From contig CAVQEQ010000004.1 in NCBI GenBank assembly GCA_963711565.1, positions 640,001 through 704,000 on the forward strand: 64,000 nt of DNA. Direction: 5' to 3'. A program made the translations under genes and the position numbers. Below, in pieces: positions 61,438 to 64,000 of the stretch. Position 1 is the first letter of the stretch. Each line of letters opens with the position of its first letter. This DNA is from an uncultured delta proteobacterium (lineage in GTDB: Bacteria; Desulfobacterota; Binatia; Binatales; Binataceae). The notes under the pieces are model-generated. The model had not been told where the DNA came from. It worked only from the letters and a program-made list of their open reading frames with translations, and searched no databases.

Positions 61438-62784
61438 TCAAGTTCCGGTTGAACCGAACTTCCAGATGAAATTGATGTTGAAGAAGTTAATATTCACGTC
61501 CGAGAAGCGACCGGCCACCGTACCCTGAATCGGGTTGGCGCTCTGGTGCAATCCCAGATCGCCTTGCCATTGAAATTCGTAAGCGGCGCCCAGGGTCATC
61601 GCCTTGTTAAGTACATACTGCGCACCCACACCATAGCGCCACTGATTTCCGAGCGGCGCGCTGACCGAGCGCGAGGGGCTGCTGACCATCGAGTTGTCGA
61701 AATCGAAACCGGTCGAGAGCATCAACAGATCAGACACCCTGATCTGCGTCCCTATCGCTACGTCAAAAGTGTCCTGATAGCGCAAGTTCGTAGTTGCGCT
61801 GTGCGGCTTTGCGGAGTTAATGCCGATTCCCAGGTTGCCGAACTGGCTCCAGTTCTGCCATCCCGCATTCGCCATCAGTGCGAACCGGTTGGTGAATTCA
61901 TGGTAAGCGCTGAACAGCAATGATTGCGGCACCGTCATATCCACGTCGAGACTGGCGCCATAAATTCCGTGCTTCTTGAACAAATGTACGAGACCAGGCC
62001 CGAGCCCGGAAAAGTGAGGCACGTCGCTGAAATCCAGGGATACCGGAGTCAGGTATTGAATTCCGAAGCGGGTCTTCGAGTCCGGCTCGACCATGACTCC
62101 TATGTCTCCGCCGATGCCGGCGGTCCAATCCCTTAGCGTCATTTGTGCGTCTTCGTTTCTGACCAGAAGAGTGTTGACGCCCACTCGTTCATTCAGATAT
62201 CCAACCATGATGTTGAAGCCGGCGCCTACGGACAGCCACTTGTTGATCCGATATGCAATCGTAGGCAGAAGGCTACTGCCAAGAATGGTGGCGCCTTGAA
62301 GGTAGTAACGTCCAACCCAGTTCTTGTTGTACTCGAGTGCGCCGCCAAAGTAAGTGACGCTCGCGATTCCCAGTTTGAGATCCGGCGTCAGGTTGTAAAC
62401 GAAGAACGCGCTCGCGCCGGGTAAGGGAACGATAGAGTTGCCACCGTCGGTTCCGCCAGTATTGGTTTGACTGTTAGGAGTGAATACTGAATGCGCGTAG
62501 ATGGGCTCAACGCCGACCATCAACTGCGTCTCGTCCAGCCGCGTCATTCCCGCGGGATTGGTGAACACCGTCGATGCGTCCTGCGCGCGGGCCGCGTAAC
62601 CGGCGGACGCCAGCCCCAGGTCGGGAGTTCCTATCTCGGATAGAAAAAAACCGCCCGCTCGTGCCGTGCTAGACCATACAATCGACGCGAGCAAAGAGAT
62701 TGTGATCGCCTGCAAAATGCCCTTGCGTAGCATCGGCCCAGCCCCCAACCGTACGCGCCTTGTCTCACTCGACATGGCTCTCAC
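61438..62784 (-). CDS. OmpP1/FadL/TodX outer-membrane transporter
   Basis: Signal peptide then GGFFLSE..G....AG.AARAQDASTVFTNPAGM hatch motif; amphipathic beta strands. Confidence 0.9.
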   Translation of the reverse strand: MRAMSSETRRVRLGAGPMLRKGILQAITISLLASIVWSSTARAGGFFLSEIGTPDLGLASAGYAARAQDASTVFTNPAGMTRLDETQLMVGVEPIYAHSVFTPNSQTNTGGTDGGNSIVPLPGASAFFVYNLTPDLKLGIASVTYFGGALEYNKNWVGRYYLQGATILGSSLLPTIAYRINKWLSVGAGFNIMVGYLNERVGVNTLLVRNEDAQMTLRDWTAGIGGDIGVMVEPDSKTRFGIQYLTPVSLDFSDVPHFSGLGPGLVHLFKKHGIYGASLDVDMTVPQSLLFSAYHEFTNRFALMANAGWQNWSQFGNLGIGINSAKPHSATTNLRYQDTFDVAIGTQIRVSDLLMLSTGFDFDNSMVSSPSRSVSAPLGNQWRYGVGAQYVLNKAMTLGAAYEFQWQGDLGLHQSANPIQGTVAGRFSDVNINFFNINFIWKFGSTGT

Positions 62785-62854
62785 CCCTCCTAGACTACGA
62801 CATCGGCGAACAGCGGCATCCTTGTGCTATTGCCAGCCTACTACCCGGAGCACT

Positions 62855-63634
62855 TCATTTGGACATGAGTACTTTGCCGGTTGTGCTATCGATGTTGAAC
62901 AGCCAGAAGGCTGTCACGTCCTCCTCCAGGATCATCGCGACCATACCGACGCCCGGTGCAAAAAGGTTATAGCCGGTGTTCTGCGTATGAGCCGGTCCAA
63001 CTCTGCCTTCGCAGTGTACGCGGAATAGTACCGCCGGAAAGGTTCCAGCTGGCACCGTTACCTGGTACGTACCGACATATGTGTAGGTGCCGTTGAGCGA
63101 TCCTGAGTATCTCTGGTCGCTCGGGTCGTCCAGATAGTTCACCGAGACCTGCTGCGTGTAGCTACGGGTCTCTCCCGGTTGCATGCCCTTAGGGATGAAG
63201 GGATTGGCGGGAGTTGTGACGACTACCACGCCTTCGCCCGCGTCGGTGAGAGCGGCCATTATTATGTCGCCTTGCTCGGTCTCGCGCATAAAGCCCGCCA
63301 ACGAGGGGGTCATCTGAAACCGCCAAGCCTTCTTTCCGCCGGGGCGTCTGGCCTTCCAAAGCCCAAGCGTCTGGACGGTCCCGGCGTGAGGCCCCGCGAC
63401 GACCTGGAACTGCTGTGATTTCTGTTCAAGCGGGAAGTAAACGGACGGGTCGCTGATGGGGCTGCTAGGCAAAGGGGTACCGACTACTCCGGGCCCAAGC
63501 TGAGCGGTTATATTTTGCTGATCCTCGGGCGGCAAAGGCAGCACAACACCCTGAGCGCGCGCAGATCCTGAGGCAAGCAGCAGAAGGCTCAGCGTTGCAG
63601 TCAGAATTGTTCGCATTGCGATTCGATTTTCCAT
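62855..63634 (-). CDS. Secreted hypothetical protein (beta-rich, VTVPAGTF motif)
   Basis: Signal peptide; QVTVPAGTFPA...FAPGVGMV pattern seen in DUF3108-like proteins. Confidence 0.65.
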   Translation of the reverse strand: MENRIAMRTILTATLSLLLLASGSARAQGVVLPLPPEDQQNITAQLGPGVVGTPLPSSPISDPSVYFPLEQKSQQFQVVAGPHAGTVQTLGLWKARRPGGKKAWRFQMTPSLAGFMRETEQGDIIMAALTDAGEGVVVVTTPANPFIPKGMQPGETRSYTQQVSVNYLDDPSDQRYSGSLNGTYTYVGTYQVTVPAGTFPAVLFRVHCEGRVGPAHTQNTGYNLFAPGVGMVAMILEEDVTAFWLFNIDSTTGKVLMSK

Positions 63635-63644
63635 TACTTTCCCC

Positions 63645-63802
63645 TAGCAGGCTGTTGAAAAGTAATTTTCAACGCCCGCTCCCTCTCTCTTGTCTCCCCC
63701 AAAGGGGGAGATGTTGTAGGTAAGAAGACATCTTCTACGCAGAGTGTTGAAGCGCTTGAAATCAAATCCACGAGTTGCATCGAGTTCTTCAACACCCTGC
63801 TA
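63645..63802. mobile_element. MITE-like element with terminal inverted repeats
   Basis: TAGCAGGCTGTTGAA ... TTCAACACCCTGCTA (15 bp, one mismatch); internal hairpins; no ORF. Confidence 0.7.
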
Positions 63803-64000
63803 CGGCGTCTGATCCTGAATTACGATGTTGATGCGGCGATTCTGCGCGCGCCCTGACGGGCTGTCGTTCGACGCGACCGGATGATACTTGCCGAATGCGA
63901 CGGCGGACAGTCCGTTCGGATCAAGCCCTTGCTCCTCCAGATAGCTCACGACCGAGATTGCGCGGGCGGCAGACAGGTACCAGTTGTTCGGAAATCGACT
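63800..64000 (-). CDS. OmpA/MotB C-terminal peptidoglycan-binding domain protein (partial)
   Basis: Hand translation: FPNNWYLSAARAISVVSYLEEQG...AFGKYHPVASND...RAQNRRINIVIQDQTP*. Confidence 0.85.
   Translation of the reverse strand, partial: SRFPNNWYLSAARAISVVSYLEEQGLDPNGLSAVAFGKYHPVASNDSPSGRAQNRRINIVIQDQTP

Overview
High-GC bacterial chromosomal window; the gene content is compatible with a soil diderm such as Candidatus Binatia, but this taxonomy is inference only. From left to right it holds: (1) a lasso-peptide-type maturation cassette (B2 protease, PqqD/RRE, and an Asn-synthetase-like cyclase running off the left edge) with no visible precursor; (2) an MFS transporter and a hydrolase/haloacid dehalogenase/flavoprotein disulfide reductase cassette; (3) a PAS histidine kinase, response regulator and hybrid kinase relay; (4) an MqsR/MqsA toxin-antitoxin pair and pgi; (5) a joint cytochrome c oxidase + Rieske/cytochrome b operon; (6) a Tad/Flp pilus locus with two Flp pilins missed by the ORF track and sigma-54 promoters, followed by a sensor-less sigma-54 activator; (7) xdhC-mocA, an ECF sigma/anti-sigma/periplasmic sensor trio, and a TetR-associated GST-sulfatase-haloalkane dehalogenase operon; (8) housekeeping and envelope genes; (9) tRNA-Gly(CCC) with a 1.5 kb integrase-free islet; (10) CYTH-like, FadL and secreted-protein genes, a MITE, and a partial OmpA/MotB gene. 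The most unusual element is the islet. Its single gene is an APH-fold protein whose two catalytic aspartates are both Asn, fused to a small basic N-terminal domain and preceded by a structured leader that occludes the RBS. Four genes carry single frameshifts that are probably sequencing errors.
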